A stretch of DNA of 64,000 nt. Source: Amphiscolops sp. MND2022 (Eukaryota). This document shows positions 47,271 to 61,473 of the stretch, one piece after another. The stretch is from NCBI GenBank assembly GCA_964187785.1, contig OZ076410.1, positions 38,688,001 to 38,752,000 of the forward strand, given 5' to 3'. Positions within the stretch are counted from its first letter, which is position 1. The number at the start of each line of letters is the position of its first letter. The notes beneath the pieces were generated by a model. That model worked only from the letters and a program-made list of their open reading frames with translations. It searched no databases and was not told where the DNA came from. The translations under genes and the position numbers were made by a program.

Positions 47271-48710
47271 AACAATCTATACTGTTTGAAGCGTAACCAA
47301 AACTGTATACCCTTGCGGAGAATTTGCACCACGTCCTTTGAGCTACGGCAAATAGTCGACACGATGATGACTTGTCTATAATCTGATGAAATTAAATGTT
47401 TCTGTATGTTTCTGCATGGAATTACATGCGAACGCATACTGTGTTGGTTCCATGTGTGAATAATATCACATGGCTTCGCTTTTCAACAATTTTTTTAGAC
47501 TTCAAAGATTGAGCGTCGTCCCCAGAATTCAACAACGGAAACGTTAGATTCATAGCTTTTTCATTTAGCCTTATTTGGTTTTTCTGAAAGAAAAAGTGTC
47601 TAAAACTTTTCCATAAATTTTTAATTCCTTTGTTCTTAGTGTTCAAAATTTCAGGCATGTTTTTGAACAGTTTTTCGAATGCATTCCGTAGAATAAATTC
47701 AGGACTGACACGTTCCCAAAATTTAGTGAGAGCGTTGTAAAAATGAATTTTTAGGTACCAAGTTGTACATCCTTTACCAAGACCAAGCAGGTTTCCTATT
47801 CCAACTGCTGATCTGGATTTACGATAATCACAAGGCTCTGGAAAGAATCTGCGGTACCTTTCAGGCACCACTACGTTGTCTTCCAACTTAATCAGCGCTA
47901 TGTCATGGGATCCAGTACCATCGAGAAGTTTAGGATAATAGTGAGCATGGATAATATAGCTCTCGACTTGATAGTATTTGGCCTCCCATTGACCGGCATA
48001 TGAGAAATTTCCGTGCAATGCATACACCTCGGATGAATGGGCCCATCTGAAGGCAGAGAAAAATTTTCCAATAATTTACGCTGAGACGTCTATTCCTCAT
48101 ATTCATAACATTACTTTATTGATGATTATACCATATTTTTATTGCGAAATTAGTATATGTGCATGTTATGAAATGATAATTTACTACTGCTTTCTACTTT
48201 TTTTTAGTTCAACGGCCCTGACGGCTTACAAGAAAATCTGTCAAATAATTTTCAGTTGTTTTGCGTTAGGGTCTGAGACAAGCAACCGACCATCATTTTA
48301 ATTTTATAAAAATTGTCCTGTTTTTTTTTAATTTTTGATATTTTTAAAGATGTCAAAATTTTGTAATATCTTGAAAAAGAGTTCTTTCCGAAATGTTGGA
48401 TTTTATGTTGACTGCTAAACTCTCATGTCTAAATACGCGACTACCTTTACTTTATGCTCCTGATTTTTGTTATCTCTACCTGAATGGAAATTAAAAGTCT
48501 CTGCCTGTTGTTTCTTTTTGAGTACAAGCAGTGGCCAGTCGATAAAATAGTGTCTGCAGTTAGCATAATGCCTCCACAAGTCAAATCACTTTGATAAACC
48601 AGTACAAAAAAGGGATTCGCTTTGGTTCTTCGTCCGCCAATGATCGCTAAGCTCGGAACAGTAGTAAACACTGGCAAAACCAAGTAAACCAAAATTGAAG
48701 TTGAGACCAT
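47200..48710 (-). pseudogene. Secreted trypsin-like serine protease (exons 48710-48505, 48046-47778, possible decayed last exon ~47400-47200)
   Basis: Signal peptide, IIGG N-terminus, CGG, TGHC (His), HDIALIKL (Asp); no GDSGGP found downstream. Confidence 0.8.
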
Positions 48711-51700
48711 TTTCAAATCATTCAACCTGAAACCTGAAATCCGGTTTTGCAGTCATAACCTACTGTTTTCAGCATCCTAAAGGTGTGCCAAGACTAAGGT
48801 ACCAAGAAGCTAAAGATACTTGATTTCGAATCTCAAATAGTAATGAATTTGAACACAAGACACAAGGGATTACATTGTTAAATATAAAACAGTAATGAAG
48901 TTATCAAGGCTTCAAAAATGACTGAAGGATGTTTTTCTTCTGACCAGTAGTTTATGAAATTTTGCTCAGTAAAGTTGAATAATTTTCAAATTTCCTCAAC
49001 ATACAAATATGATATAAATTTTTAATTTTGTTTCGATTTCAAAACAAAAATTACCTTTGTATTGCTGATCAAAATTTGAGTGACTTTTGCTCTTGAGTTT
49101 TTCGTATAAAATGAATATGTTGAAAGATTTCGCGCTTTGACAGTTTTCGTTAGCCAAATCGACTGTCGTTTAGCTTTCTGGTACCCTAGTGGACGTTTTT
49201 GAAATGGAGTACAATTTTCAAGCATACCTTGCTCATCTCTCGCAGTGCAAAAGACAAATTAAACAAAATTACACAGAGACTGCTTCAAGCGCCCGAGCTG
49301 TGAATTCTTGGTCTACGTCGTAACATATATTCATTCATCAAATTTTGGGCCACAGTAAAGGCTTCCTATCTTAAGTATATTTGATATTTGAGAGAACATT
49401 TCAGGTTTGGAAAATTTTGAAGCAATTGCTTGAAAATCATTTTAAAAAACAACGATAGAAACTGACAAATATGAAAAGACTTGAAACTGGATGAAAATAA
49501 CAAATACAAATAACAAAGTGGTATAGATAGTCGCAGATTGTTAAGACTGATTGCATAAACAAATCTTTCAAGTTTTGTTCATTAGTTCCAGATTCAAATG
49601 AATATATTATATCCATGTATAAATCATGACAATAATAGCTGACTATAAAACCCTTCAAAGTCACTAAACCGCGTTCATCTTGTCTAAATATCAATTAAGT
49701 ATCATGTGCTTATACTGAAAGGTCACGGTCAGTCTAGTGAAAAGATACTTATAGACTTCTAACGTCATCTTCAGCAAGCAATTTGAGAAGCGGTGATCAC
49801 ATCAGATAAGTAGTTGAGAAAATGAAGTTCAAATGTGTATTTGCTATGATTTTTGGAGGTTTTTGGTTGACCCCAAAGACCCCAAAATGACACAAAAATG
49901 ATGAAAAATGCAAGTATTTCCGATTTTTAACGTTATTATGCAAGTTTTGCCAAATTATCGATACACTTGGTGGCTTAGAATATAAAAAACGTTCAACAAG
50001 GAAAAAATTTCTTGTCCAGGAGGCTTGTTTGAAGAAATAAACACAATTTTAACGGGAGAAAGCCGCCTAAAAATGTGACCGAATTTGACAAAAACGCAAA
50101 ATAAACACTTTCTCTACCTCTTTATGCAACTATTGTCAAATTTGCATAAGTCATCGTGACTTTGAAAGGTGAAAGCACTTAACAAGGATATAACTAGTTG
50201 TCCAAAAAGTTTTCCTGAAAAAAAATACTAGAGGTTTGTTTGGAGAAAAGGCCTCAAATTGAGACAGAAATTGACAAAAAAAAACAAAAAAAACATACGG
50301 TTTTTCACATTGGAATGCAATTTTTGTGATATTTTTGAGAGGATTCATAGATTAAGATATTTGAAACGTTCAACCGGACTAGCACAATTCCGTCGTCCAG
50401 TAGGTGTTCTTGAAGGGATGGAAGCAGTTATCCGGGAGGAAAACACATCAAACTGACACCGAACGTGTCAAAAAGTCCAATTAGTTCTGATTTTCAAGAT
50501 TTTGATTAAATTTTTGTCAAAATTGCGATAGATTTTGTGGATTAGAACAATGTAAACGTTCAACAACAGTCAAAAATAGAGTCTTATTTATTATTTAGGC
50601 AAAAAAAACCTTCGTGATGAAAAATTGCCACAAAATGACCGCAATTATCAAAAAAATACAAAATTTTACATTTTTTGACTTTTTGAACGCAGTTTTCGTG
50701 ACATTTTCCAAGTCTTTTTGGATTAGAACTACGAAACCATTCAACATCGACTGATTTCATTGTTCAGTAGGTTTTTGGAGAGAAAATAGCATATTTTCAT
50801 TAGAATAATGCCTTAAATTGATCGCAGAAGAGGTCGAAATTGCCTAGTTTTAACAGTTTTGTACAATTGCTAAAAATATTCGTGGGTCTGAAGGTTCAAA
50901 ACGATCAACGACGAAAAAATCGAAGCTGTTTGCTTTTTCAAGGGAAAATTGCAGTGATTTGCTTCAAAAACTCTTCAAAGGGACTCCAAATGAAACAAAA
51001 AACAGAGAGACTCGTTGTTAGAACTCTACACGTTTGAACTCTGGAACTGCACTCTGGAACAAAATTGAAAATTGTTCCCGAGTAGCTTTTTGGAAACATA
51101 TCTGCATGCTTCTGTCAAAAAAGCTTCGCATTGGCTCCAGAGAATTTTAAAAAATCAAAGCTCAAATTTGATTTTTCTATACAAAAGTAAACACAGAAAT
51201 CCAAAAATTTTGTGCAGCTTTCGTTACAATTTCATATCTAGAAGACTAATTAGGCTTCCAGTGGAAAGTTGTTCCAGCCAATACGCCTTACAAATGAAAA
51301 TCGGTAGCTTTCTAGTAAGAACAATACGACAGTTTGACCAAAACAGTCGAAAGTCTAAACGTTTGACGTTTTTGTCTGGTAAAATTTGTCGAATTGTTTC
51401 GTGTTAGAGTAACAAAACTATCACTAGCCAAGAAAAACGGCATCAAGTGGTTTGTTTGTTAAAAATTGCAGTTTTTTGTAACAAACGTGCCTCAAAATGA
51501 CCCAAATCAACCATAATTATCAAAACTTTCCAATTTTTGATAACTTTAGTGATTTTTGGATTTGAAATTTGAAACGGTTGATGAATCAAAAGCTTGCTTC
51601 CAAAAGATGGAGTCCATATAACTAAGTTCGCAGTAGGCTCGTGAAACAGACGTTTGCTGTTTTGTTGGAGAAATGTACTGCAGAAGGAACCAAAGTTTTT

Positions 51701-54700
51701 AAAAAAATCGACGTTTTTCTGCTGTTATTTTTCTAAAAGTTTCGAGCAATTTCGTGACCTACAATAGTTTATATACTCAACAACGACTAATCCTGGTATC
51801 TAGTAGTCTTTTTAGTATCTAGTTCTTTTTTGAAGCTACAGATACAATTCCTTGTTAAAGTCGGCCTCAAAAATATCCAAAAAACCAAAAAAAACACCTT
51901 GTTTCAATGACAAATTTTTGCCAAATTTTGTTCATTTCGGGAAACTTTTTTAGAAGAGCAAATCCATTGGCATGAATGTAGAAAAAATAGGCTATTGAAA
52001 GGGCTACTTTTGAATGAATGGGTTAATGTCACTGGAATTTGAGAAGGAGTCATAAATTACTCATTTATCGACCATATACTCCCAAATTTGAACAGTTTCT
52101 GAAAGTTTTCCTAAACTGGAATATACATAGGCTCAGAGTCGAAACATGTAGGTATCAGTTCTGGTTTCGGAAAGAATTTGAACAACTGCAAAAAAATTGG
52201 AAAATAAAAAAATTCCTCGAAATCGCGCATTTGTTTCGGCCTTCTTGTTTCATATCTAGTATTTATTAAGCTCCAAACTAAGTAACTACCTGTGCCGTGT
52301 ACACAAAGTGTTAGTTTTCCAGGTAGCAAAAAAAGAAATACCCCCTAAATACCAAAAGTTTTGACGTTTTCAAGCAATATTCTTTAAATTTTTGAGCTGT
52401 TTCGTGGGTTAGGATCTTTTGAAGTTCACTATCACTTGATTCCGGTATCCAGTAGGCATTTTGGAAGAAATATATGCAGTTTGTTGTTTGAAACGCGTTT
52501 AAAAATGAACCAAAGGAGTTGCAAACCTATCTTATTCCTTTTGAAAGTTTTTGTTTATATAAACATTTAAAGTTTCAAAGGTACATTATGTACTGATATT
52601 GATTTAGTTCAAGAACCAAACAAGTCGGTGCTTTGTGTATTTTTGAATCAGGTTGTTCTCTCAAAAGTGGCATCATATCAATCAAGAAGTGTCGAAACCT
52701 TCCTTCTTTCAAACCTCTATGCGTCATCATAGTGCATTGGCTGCTTTTGAGCGTCAAAATCATGTCTTAGTAGAACAGTTTGGGGCTGAAAATATCTCGC
52801 TGGTCAGCTGGCAGCTTGTTTTGTACAATCTTTAACTTGCAGTTTTACATGTCTTTCAGAATCTCGTCCAATTTTCATTTTCCGTGATTCCAACTTCGCG
52901 GGCATGTTACGATGCAATGCAAGTCCTTACGACGCCTAAGAGCAGTTCCACCAGTGCATCTTGGATATTTATTTGCTTTAACAACATCTGATCATGGAAA
53001 AATAATAACACGCTCTTGTCGGAGAGTCAGAAGGGGTATTCTCACTGAAAGAACAATTTACAGAGCAGAATGTGAAAGACTTTAACTTTGGTTATTAAAT
53101 CAACGAATCTTCATATCTTTCATTTTTCATTGTTGAAAAAGATATGGATTACGTTTCGATACAGTACGTTTGTGATTGTATGGAAAGTAGCGACGAAACA
53201 AATATAGTTTTAATTGTGATTGTAGGCGCTACATTAATGTGCGGAGCGATGGCCGACCTACGACTCACGTAGCGAGCGGAATTCACAATTCAGAGGTGCC
53301 GAATTAACCAATTAACCAGTTTCAATACTATTAGCAACACTTTTGGCTAAGCGAATATTCGGGTGAATGGGACCCCAAAAAAACTATAATATGCAAACCA
53401 CGCCGTCTTGCTTTTGAGGTTGATCGCTTTCGACGCATTTATCTTTGGTAATGCTGCCAGAAATGCTGCTAAAGCAATTGTAATTGCTTGAGTTGTCAGC
53501 AGAGATGACAAAAGTAAAATGTTTTAAGCCGCTCTATTTTCAAAGCAATTGCAAAAGAAATTTTTCAACCGTGTTGTAACGAGGCAATTCCTCTAGTCGT
53601 AATCTAATTACTCAAAATTTCTTTTATATATCAATTAGTTGTATTGTAAGGTATTAGAGCAGCGAAAAACTTTATGCTGAATGCTCAAACTTTTAATTCA
53701 TTTGTGACTGTCATATCGTCTAAATCTAGGACATAGATCACACAAAAGATGAATTCCGCAAAATCTTCGAAATTCTAACTATTCTGCTTCATTAAAACTA
53801 TTATAACTCACTATTTCTTCTCGATACATCTGCATTAAAATACTTGAGTGATTACATTGTCTCATGCCGGAATTAATCACAATGTAGTTTTTCATTTTGT
53901 TCTTGAAGCTCACAAATTGGTGTCGGGGCTTATCTGCTTAATCATTATTTTGGTATTCACTCACCATTATCCCCCCATTTTTGGTGCCTTAAAAGGTAAA
54001 TAACGATCGACTGGATAACAATTTACTTGATTATCACCCGTTGACATGGAAAGTAGACCTTATCTCGGAACAGTTCTCAACAATTCTTTTGACGACTTTT
54101 ACAGACAGGGCAATTTTTGCGATGTCATACTCGTCACAAAAGGTACTTTTCTATAGTTCTAAGACTACGACGACGAATTTTAGCATTAATGAATAGTAAC
54201 TCATTACTTGCTTGCCTCTATTAGTTTTAAAGGTTTTAAAGGCGATTCGTAGCTCAGATTTTTCAGTGATTCCTAAAAATTGACAGCCTGGAGTGATGTC
54301 AAAAACCAACGCTTTAGTCTAATGTCACGTCTGGGACTAAAGTCTTCATCTAATGATCAAAAATCGTGCCACGGGTTTCTTGCTTCCCGGTGGTTGAACA
54401 ATCGAAAAATGATGCCAAAAAGCTCTGTAAATTTTCCTGATTTTCCAACTTGAATGCTGCCAGCTAAATTATACTTTTGTTTCTTTTGACCAGTTTCGTT
54501 TTCCAGAGGACAGAGTTGAAGTGCCGTTGCCAATGGACCCTAATGACTTGAATAGTACGGTACAATCTTCCTTGGTTGCATGTGTAGGACATTCTGTTGC
54601 CATCAGAGAAGAGCCACCCCATAATGAAATTAGAAGTCACTTCCTTCCCACTCCCGGTCCGAGCCGAGCATCAACCGCCCGCGTAACCAACGACTCCAAT

Positions 54701-55984
54701 GAAGGAACCGTGCGAGAAGAAAGAGACAGCTCTATTTTGATTTCCAATTCAAGTTAGTTCACTGCGAACTATTTCTTATGGCTTCCACTTTTCAATCAAG
54801 AGCTTAAGAATGATCTAGGTTGTGGCTCAATGAAAATCCATTTTGAGGTGAAGTTACCTAACAAACAGTATTGTTTTAGGTATGGCAATGCTTAACATTA
54901 TCTTTTCGTAGCAATGAAACAACGCTGACCGTGACATATAAAAATGTTTAATAAGAAGTAAATCACCAAAAAAGTAGCACTTTATATACTGAATGCAGAA
55001 CCGGCCATATAGCCACGTTCGACCTTTTGTATCTCCGAATGATACTTTGCAGGTCTCAATACGTGAAACTGTGCGCGGAGTTAACGACAATTTATATCCA
55101 CGCAATTTGTTCCCAGCCTTAGTTAATTTATGACCCTTTTGTAACAGCATTATGCACTTTTCAAGGTGATTGCTGATTCTTTCGAGAACAATTACCGATA
55201 TTTCAGCAAAACTGCGCAAACTGACGATTGTGACTTTGTTTTCAGTTTTGTATTGGCTCTTTGGTTAAGTATTACCTAGTAATTTCGTCAGTGTATGGAA
55301 CCAGACGGATCATAAACTGAACCATATATGGTCAAGTCTATGGTGAGTCGGTAATGTTTGATGAAATCATGTTGATCATAATGTGGGCCAGGTATGGAAA
55401 CAAGTTAATCATACACTGAACCATATATGGTCCAGAGTATGGTCACCCGGTTGATCCTCTTGGCTGCCATGGCAAGACCTTGGCAAAGTCTTTCTACATC
55501 TTGGCAACCACAGATCCTATGGCAAGATTCTAACTAAGATCTTACTTAGAAGTATCATTATCCCAAGATGGAATCTTACTAAGATCGAAAAAATTCCAAG
55601 ATTTTAAAAATTCGATAACGAGTTCTGAAAAGAGTTGCATTCGTTAAATAATTATTTCTATTGCCTGCCTCTATTGCCATTCATACTCTGTATAAATTAA
55701 AAATCTCTGGAATAAGAGGTAAATCATCGAGGTAGTTTTAGACATTATTCCAGCGGCTTTATATCTTATTACACTGAAATGAGAATCGACGTACACGGTT
55801 TTTGGACATTTTCATGGGTTTTCTGTACGACATTGAAGAAAAGATAGTTGTTCTGGCAATTCTAGATGAAATCCAGAGGTTTTAGTCCTTATTCCAATGG
55901 CTTTCGATCTTATTCCAGTGAAAAGAAAACCGACGTAGAATGGTGGTTGTACAGATTATCTTGTAATTTGTATTTTAGAGAGAG

Positions 55985-58900
55985 TGTGGTAGATATGTAA
56001 ATTATGTAACATCATCATCATCTGCAGTAAATTAGTCTACGTAAATATTTAACAAGTACCTGTCATAATAAAGCGTGAGAAAATTGTTTCACAGTTATTG
56101 CCAGTCTTAACTGATTAGCAAATACAACTATTATTGCGACTTTCTTACATTCTGACAGTCTGAGCTAGAACGTCAACCGGGAGCTGCCCGCATCGGAAAA
56201 AGAAGATCCTTCGTCCTCACCGTTACCAGATGTACCATATTTCTGGCAAGACGCTACAAAACCACCGTTTCCTGATTGGGAGCAGTGGATTAAGCTATTT
56301 GGACTGGCAATGCTTGCCAAAAACTCGATCTCGATTACTGAAATAAACATAACGCCAACTATAGAAGAACCTCAAGTTCCAGCAATGTTGGGGCCAAAAC
56401 TATTTTCGCGATATGGACAAGTCACGAACCATGAACAATAAAATATAATTGAAACCGGAAGGAAATACTTCGCAACAAAAGAGGAGGAGAATTTCCATTC
56501 AATTGCAGAAAGCAGTAGATAAAGGAAGAAGCAAAACGATTACTCAAAGAAGCCATTTTGAGAAGTTAAATGAAATAAAAGATGATGTGTTCATTCAGCC
56601 AACGGTAATAACCGTTAAGAAAGACCGATTTTTAGAAAAAGCACTAGATGCAAGTCCGTTAGATAAAGCTATTGATAGCGATAAGTACCAAATGCCAAGC
56701 CTACAAAGTTTAATGGATATGTTAGCAGAACAGCTGAAGAAAAGGCGGAGTTTGGTTTTCTTCGGTAGACTTAACGTACGCGTACGCACAAATTCGTTTG
56801 CAACTTCTGACGGCAAAGCACTGCAGTTTTCAAAGAATCAGGGGTGAATCAACAGGAAAGTACCGTTTCATAACGGGTTTTTATGGTCTGAAAGTTATGC
56901 CTGAATAAATGGATAGTTCAGAAAAAAATGGATAGTTTATTAGCTAGACTTAGAGACGTATTTCTGTTCATTGATGATATTTTAACTGTAACCAAGGAAC
57001 AAAAGAAGATCATTTGGCGAAAGTACGAAATACTGCACACACTCAGAAATGCAAATTTTTAATTAAAGGCGGGAAAGTTTAAATTTCCAAAAGAACAACT
57101 AGAGTGGTTAGGATTCAAAATGACAAGTACAGGAGTTTCGCCAGTAAATGATAGAAAGCAAGGAATAACGAAAAACATAAACCATCAGATTTGAAATAAT
57201 TACAGTCGTACCTGGGGGCCGAAAGTCAAGTAAAAAAACTAACTCCAAACCTGGCAGCATTGTCTTTTCCATCAGGAAACATTTTGAAAAAAATACACAT
57301 TGGATTTGGTCAGATGAACATGAAAAAACGTTTGTCAAAGAAATGAAGAAGTGCAAAAAGTCGCAGAATTAACGCTTTTTAAAGGAGCCCGCAAGTTGAG
57401 AATATTATGTGATCCAACCAAAGAAGGGTTGAGGGCAGTGTTACAGCAATTATAACAAGACGCCCGCTAAGCACCCGCATATTTTCCACGATACGCTCAT
57501 AGCAAAAGAGACGAAGGAGAGGATCGAACCCACGACATAGTGACTGGGAAACACAAAAAATTTCAAGCATCAGTCCGGGTGCGAACCCACGACCTACTGG
57601 CTGGGAAAGCAATGAATGAAGTGCACTTCACTCCATGGAGTGGAGATAAAGTGGAGTTTTGGCTGAGTTTGTAAAAAAAACGCGTCACAGATCATGGTTT
57701 TCCTCCCCCATTTATTTGATCGGAAAATAACAAAACTGCTGGAAACCAATAGTATATGCATCACGCTTCTTAGCGGAAATTGAGGCAAAATACTTCATAA
57801 ATGAATTGGAAAGAATGGCCGTATTGTGGGGAATGGAACAATATAAAAGTAGCGCATACGGAGTTGAATTTGATGTTGTTTTAGACCATAAAGCGTTGAA
57901 AAGACTTGAGAGAGAAAAAAAGCATTCAAGACATTTCCGAGTTGATTGCCGAAATTGGTCGTTAGAATACTACTACTCGAATTTTCGGTTGCTGATACGT
58001 CACGCAGTACGCTGGGAATGGCATATTATCTGTCAAGACACTCATCCACATATGAAGGATCAATCCTTAAATCTGAACAATTATTCTATGATTGGTTTCC
58101 AACTAACCTAGTGAACGAATTTGGAAACGCACTAAATCATTTGAATCAAAATGCGAACGGCCAATAAAAAGCGAGAAAGTAGAGAATAGCCAATCAAAAG
58201 CCGAGAACAGTGTACTCATTGTAGTGAATGAAAGCGACATCTGGGTCCGAAAAGAGTATACGCACGGTTTGCACAATTGCAGTGAATTAAGCAAACAATC
58301 GCAAGTTGCCAAACTCATGCAAAACGCCAAGGCGTCACGGATTAGCAAAAATTATATCCGCGCCATTTTTGAAGAAGACCGACATTGATTTACAAAATAT
58401 GATTAAACTCGTGAAATCAAAAGATTCAGCACAAATTGCAAAAATACCGGCCCAATTGAGAGAAAAACTTACATCATTCAATCTGGATAGCAACAATTCA
58501 TTATATATGGACGAGCCGCTGGTTATCCCGAAGAACATGAGAGGTAACATAATGAATGCCTTTCACTTCGGGTACGCCAGAAGAACGAGATATTGAGAGG
58601 CGCGCAGATGTATGTTGGCCCAAAATCTACCGAGGAATTGTAGCAAAGGCAAACAATTGCCCACAATGCAGAAATGCCGGCAAGCATTTCAAGTGTGTTA
58701 AATCACAAAAAGAGTGTGGGAAATTAACATTAGCTGAGAAACAAAATGATGAAATAGCAATAGATTTTGCAGAACTATCCAAAAACGCCCCCAATGGAAA
58801 AAACGTATTTGTTAGTATCAGTAGATCATAACTCGGGATGACCGGTAGCGCTATTTTACCAATTCCACCTACTTATAAAGTTTTAGACTTTTTAGAGGAA

Positions 58901-60135
58901 TATATAGCCCAAAGTGGAATACCAAAAAGGATCAGAACTGATCCAGGCACAGCATTTAAAAGTAGGAAGTTTGAAGAATTGTGCAAAAAGATTCATAGAA
59001 ACATATAAATTGTCCAGTGAAAGACCATTGCGGGAACGGGAGGTGGAACGCATGACAAGAACTTTAAATGATCGGTTGAGAACCCAGAAAACAGTAGTAT
59101 TCGACAAAAGGAACAATGGATGATAGAATATCGTATTTGCATTAAGATCAGAAGTAGGAAAGGATGGGAAGTCAGCGTTTGAAAGACATAAAAATCAGAA
59201 ACCTAATACGCTAAAAGCTGCAATGGTAAACGGACTTGTTTCAGAAAACGATCCGGCACTAGAATTGGAGTAAGACGATTTCAGTCCAGATGTCGATTCA
59301 ATGGTTCTGATCCGAGAACGAACTCGTGGTTCTAAACTGGACGAAACATTCAGGAAGAAGAAAGGCCAAGTGGTGGGAGAGTCGAGCCACACCATAAAAA
59401 AATTTCTAATCCGAGGAAGCCTGGCGGTGGTGTCCAAGCGGGACATGACAATTGAGAAGAAAAAGCCTGTACCTTCAAAAACAACAGAAATGTCGGAATA
59501 TGAAGGTAGCAACATAGAGTCAGAAAAACCAGATGCGCCTAATTTGGTTAATTTGCCATATAATGCCAATTTGCCAAACAGTGATCAAATGCCCGAAGGA
59601 GCAGAATCGTCAAGCAAATGAAACATGCCAAGGAGCAAAAGTGTGAAAGTGGAGTTCTAGTCAACGGAGATGCAAGAGGAGATGGAACCGCAATGGGTTG
59701 AACAGTGAATAAACCTAAATGGCTTGGCCACAATGTGATGGTGTCGGTCATGAAGCATTCAGGAGAGAAGTAGAACACGGCCAATAAAACTTTTAAAAGT
59801 TTTAAAGTTCCACCTGAAGTTGAAGCATAAACTGGAGTGTTGATTGTGCTATGTTATTCACAAATTGTTATGTTTCCACGTACTTATTATATCCTAATCT
59901 GTAATATAATAATCCTGATTTATTTTATTAAAAAAGGGGAATGTGGTAGATATGGAAATAATATAACATCATCATCATCTGCAGTAAATTAGTCAACGTA
60001 AGTATTTAACAGGTATCTGTCATAATACAGCGTGAGAAAGTTGTTTCACAGTTATTGCCAATAATTACTGATTCGTCAATACAACTACTATTGCCACTCT
60101 CTTACATTCTTCCAATCTGAACTAGAACGTCAACA
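55985..60135 (+). mobile_element. Decayed, internally deleted Gypsy element E4 with 194-bp LTRs
   Basis: LTRs 55985..56178 and 59942..60135; PPT AAAAAAGGGGAA 59930..59941; flanks GAGAG/GAGAT; gag scrap, RT (KYQMP, FIDDI), RNase H (ELERMAVLWG, DHKAL), integrase (IRTDPGTAF, VERM). Confidence 0.9.
57454..57730 (-). mobile_element. Family A repeat inserted in E4 RNase H
   Basis: AACAAGACGCCCGCTAAGCACCCG...CGGAAAATAA interrupts VLQQ|WKPIVYASRF; contains two TCGAACCCACGAC-like reverse B boxes. Confidence 0.85.
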
Positions 60136-61059
60136 GAGATATTCAGATTTTCAATAGCTTTTACTTTTGTTTTTCTGTTTTAATTTCAAGTTTTTTCTCC
60201 AAGTCAAGCAGTTTGTAGCAAAATTTTTTTGCCATCTTGGGCTTCTTAGTAAGATGTTTCTTGGATACTTGCCTGTCTTGTTGAAGGGCAAAATGAATAC
60301 GACGGTAAGATCCTGGCAACATCTCAGCCAAGATTGTTCCAAGAGTTTCCATTTCCTAAGTGTCCTTAGGTAATTCAACGGATCAGAACACAACAACAAC
60401 TTCTTCAGTCTTTTCACATGATCACAAACCAACCGGGACTTCCACGCCTTTGTCTCAGTCGAGAATCATGCATGTGGATACCACTGAGTTTGAGCGTCCC
60501 CGTACTTGGTCCAAACGCTGCCACAAAATCGTCCTCGCTAAAAACAGTTCCTTCTTGAAGCATTTTCTTGAACAAGCGGCAGACATTGAAATTGCCCAGC
60601 ACCAGCAAGGACAAAGACCTTCTTATCATTCTCAATCAGCAGACGGCTCGGAGTTGGCCAAAGCTTGTTAGTCTTAAGAGTATTTTGTTTGGAAAATTTT
60701 CAAAAAAGTTTCTTATGGAACCATTCTTATGGTTCTTTTATGCTTTTTAAAATATATTTTTATGGATTTTTTTCGAGGAACAGGTTGGATCAAGATGAAG
60801 CTAAGGAAATTCCATCATGTCTTGACAGACATAACTTATGGTTTCTCAAGATTTGGGTAAATTCTAAACACATTTCCTCAAACTTAGGAACGAAGCGAAG
60901 TGGAGCGACGTGGATTTATCTAGTAAAGCAGGTGGTTTCGACGACGAATTATGGAAAAATTTTCAATCTATTTTTAGTCGGTGCTTCTTGAAGTGACGCT
61001 TCATTATAGTGACTCTTATTTTTCAATCCACGCGAACTGACCAAAATAGTTCTTGAAAG

Positions 61060-61473
61060 TTCTACAAAAATTCATGGTCCCAAATGGAATTATTTGGCCT
61101 AGCGAACTCAACCAAAAAGGTTTTCCCTCTTTTTCCGCGTAACATACAATACCGGGAGAGACCAAAGGGTCCCCCTTTCAGTTTTTGTCGGCATTGTGAC
61201 ACTTTTTTCCGAAAAACAAAACGCTCCCCAAAGGGTCCCCTTTCAGTTTTCTTCCTGCATTGTGAGACTTTTCTTCGAAAAAAAATTTTTAACAGAGAGT
61301 CCCCCTTCAATTTTTGATGTTTTGCAACAATGGATGTTTAAAAAATGCGAAAGGGTTCGCCGGTGCGCCAATTGGATTCAACGTTTTGGGTTTTTCATGT
61401 ACTGTAGAAGAGAATACTTTGAAGTCCTTTTGCTATTTTTTAGCCTTAGATATGGCGCCGGTCCCGGCTTGTT
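61060..61473 (+). mobile_element. Family B repeat
   Basis: AAAGGGTCCCC modules and 3' end CCTTAGATATGGCGCCGGTCCCGGCTTGTT as at 26575; left boundary approximate. Confidence 0.65.

Noticed and set aside
27486-48710. One protease gene with a 20-kb TE-filled intron
   Set aside because: Both loci contain the G(L/M)G segment and an ALHG-like segment, so they overlap in protein coordinates and are better read as paralogues.
49000-53900. Short ORFs in the AT-rich stretch (e.g. 51072..51407, 52039..52269)
   Set aside because: Low-complexity K/F/N-rich translations with no motifs; consistent with non-coding repeat debris.
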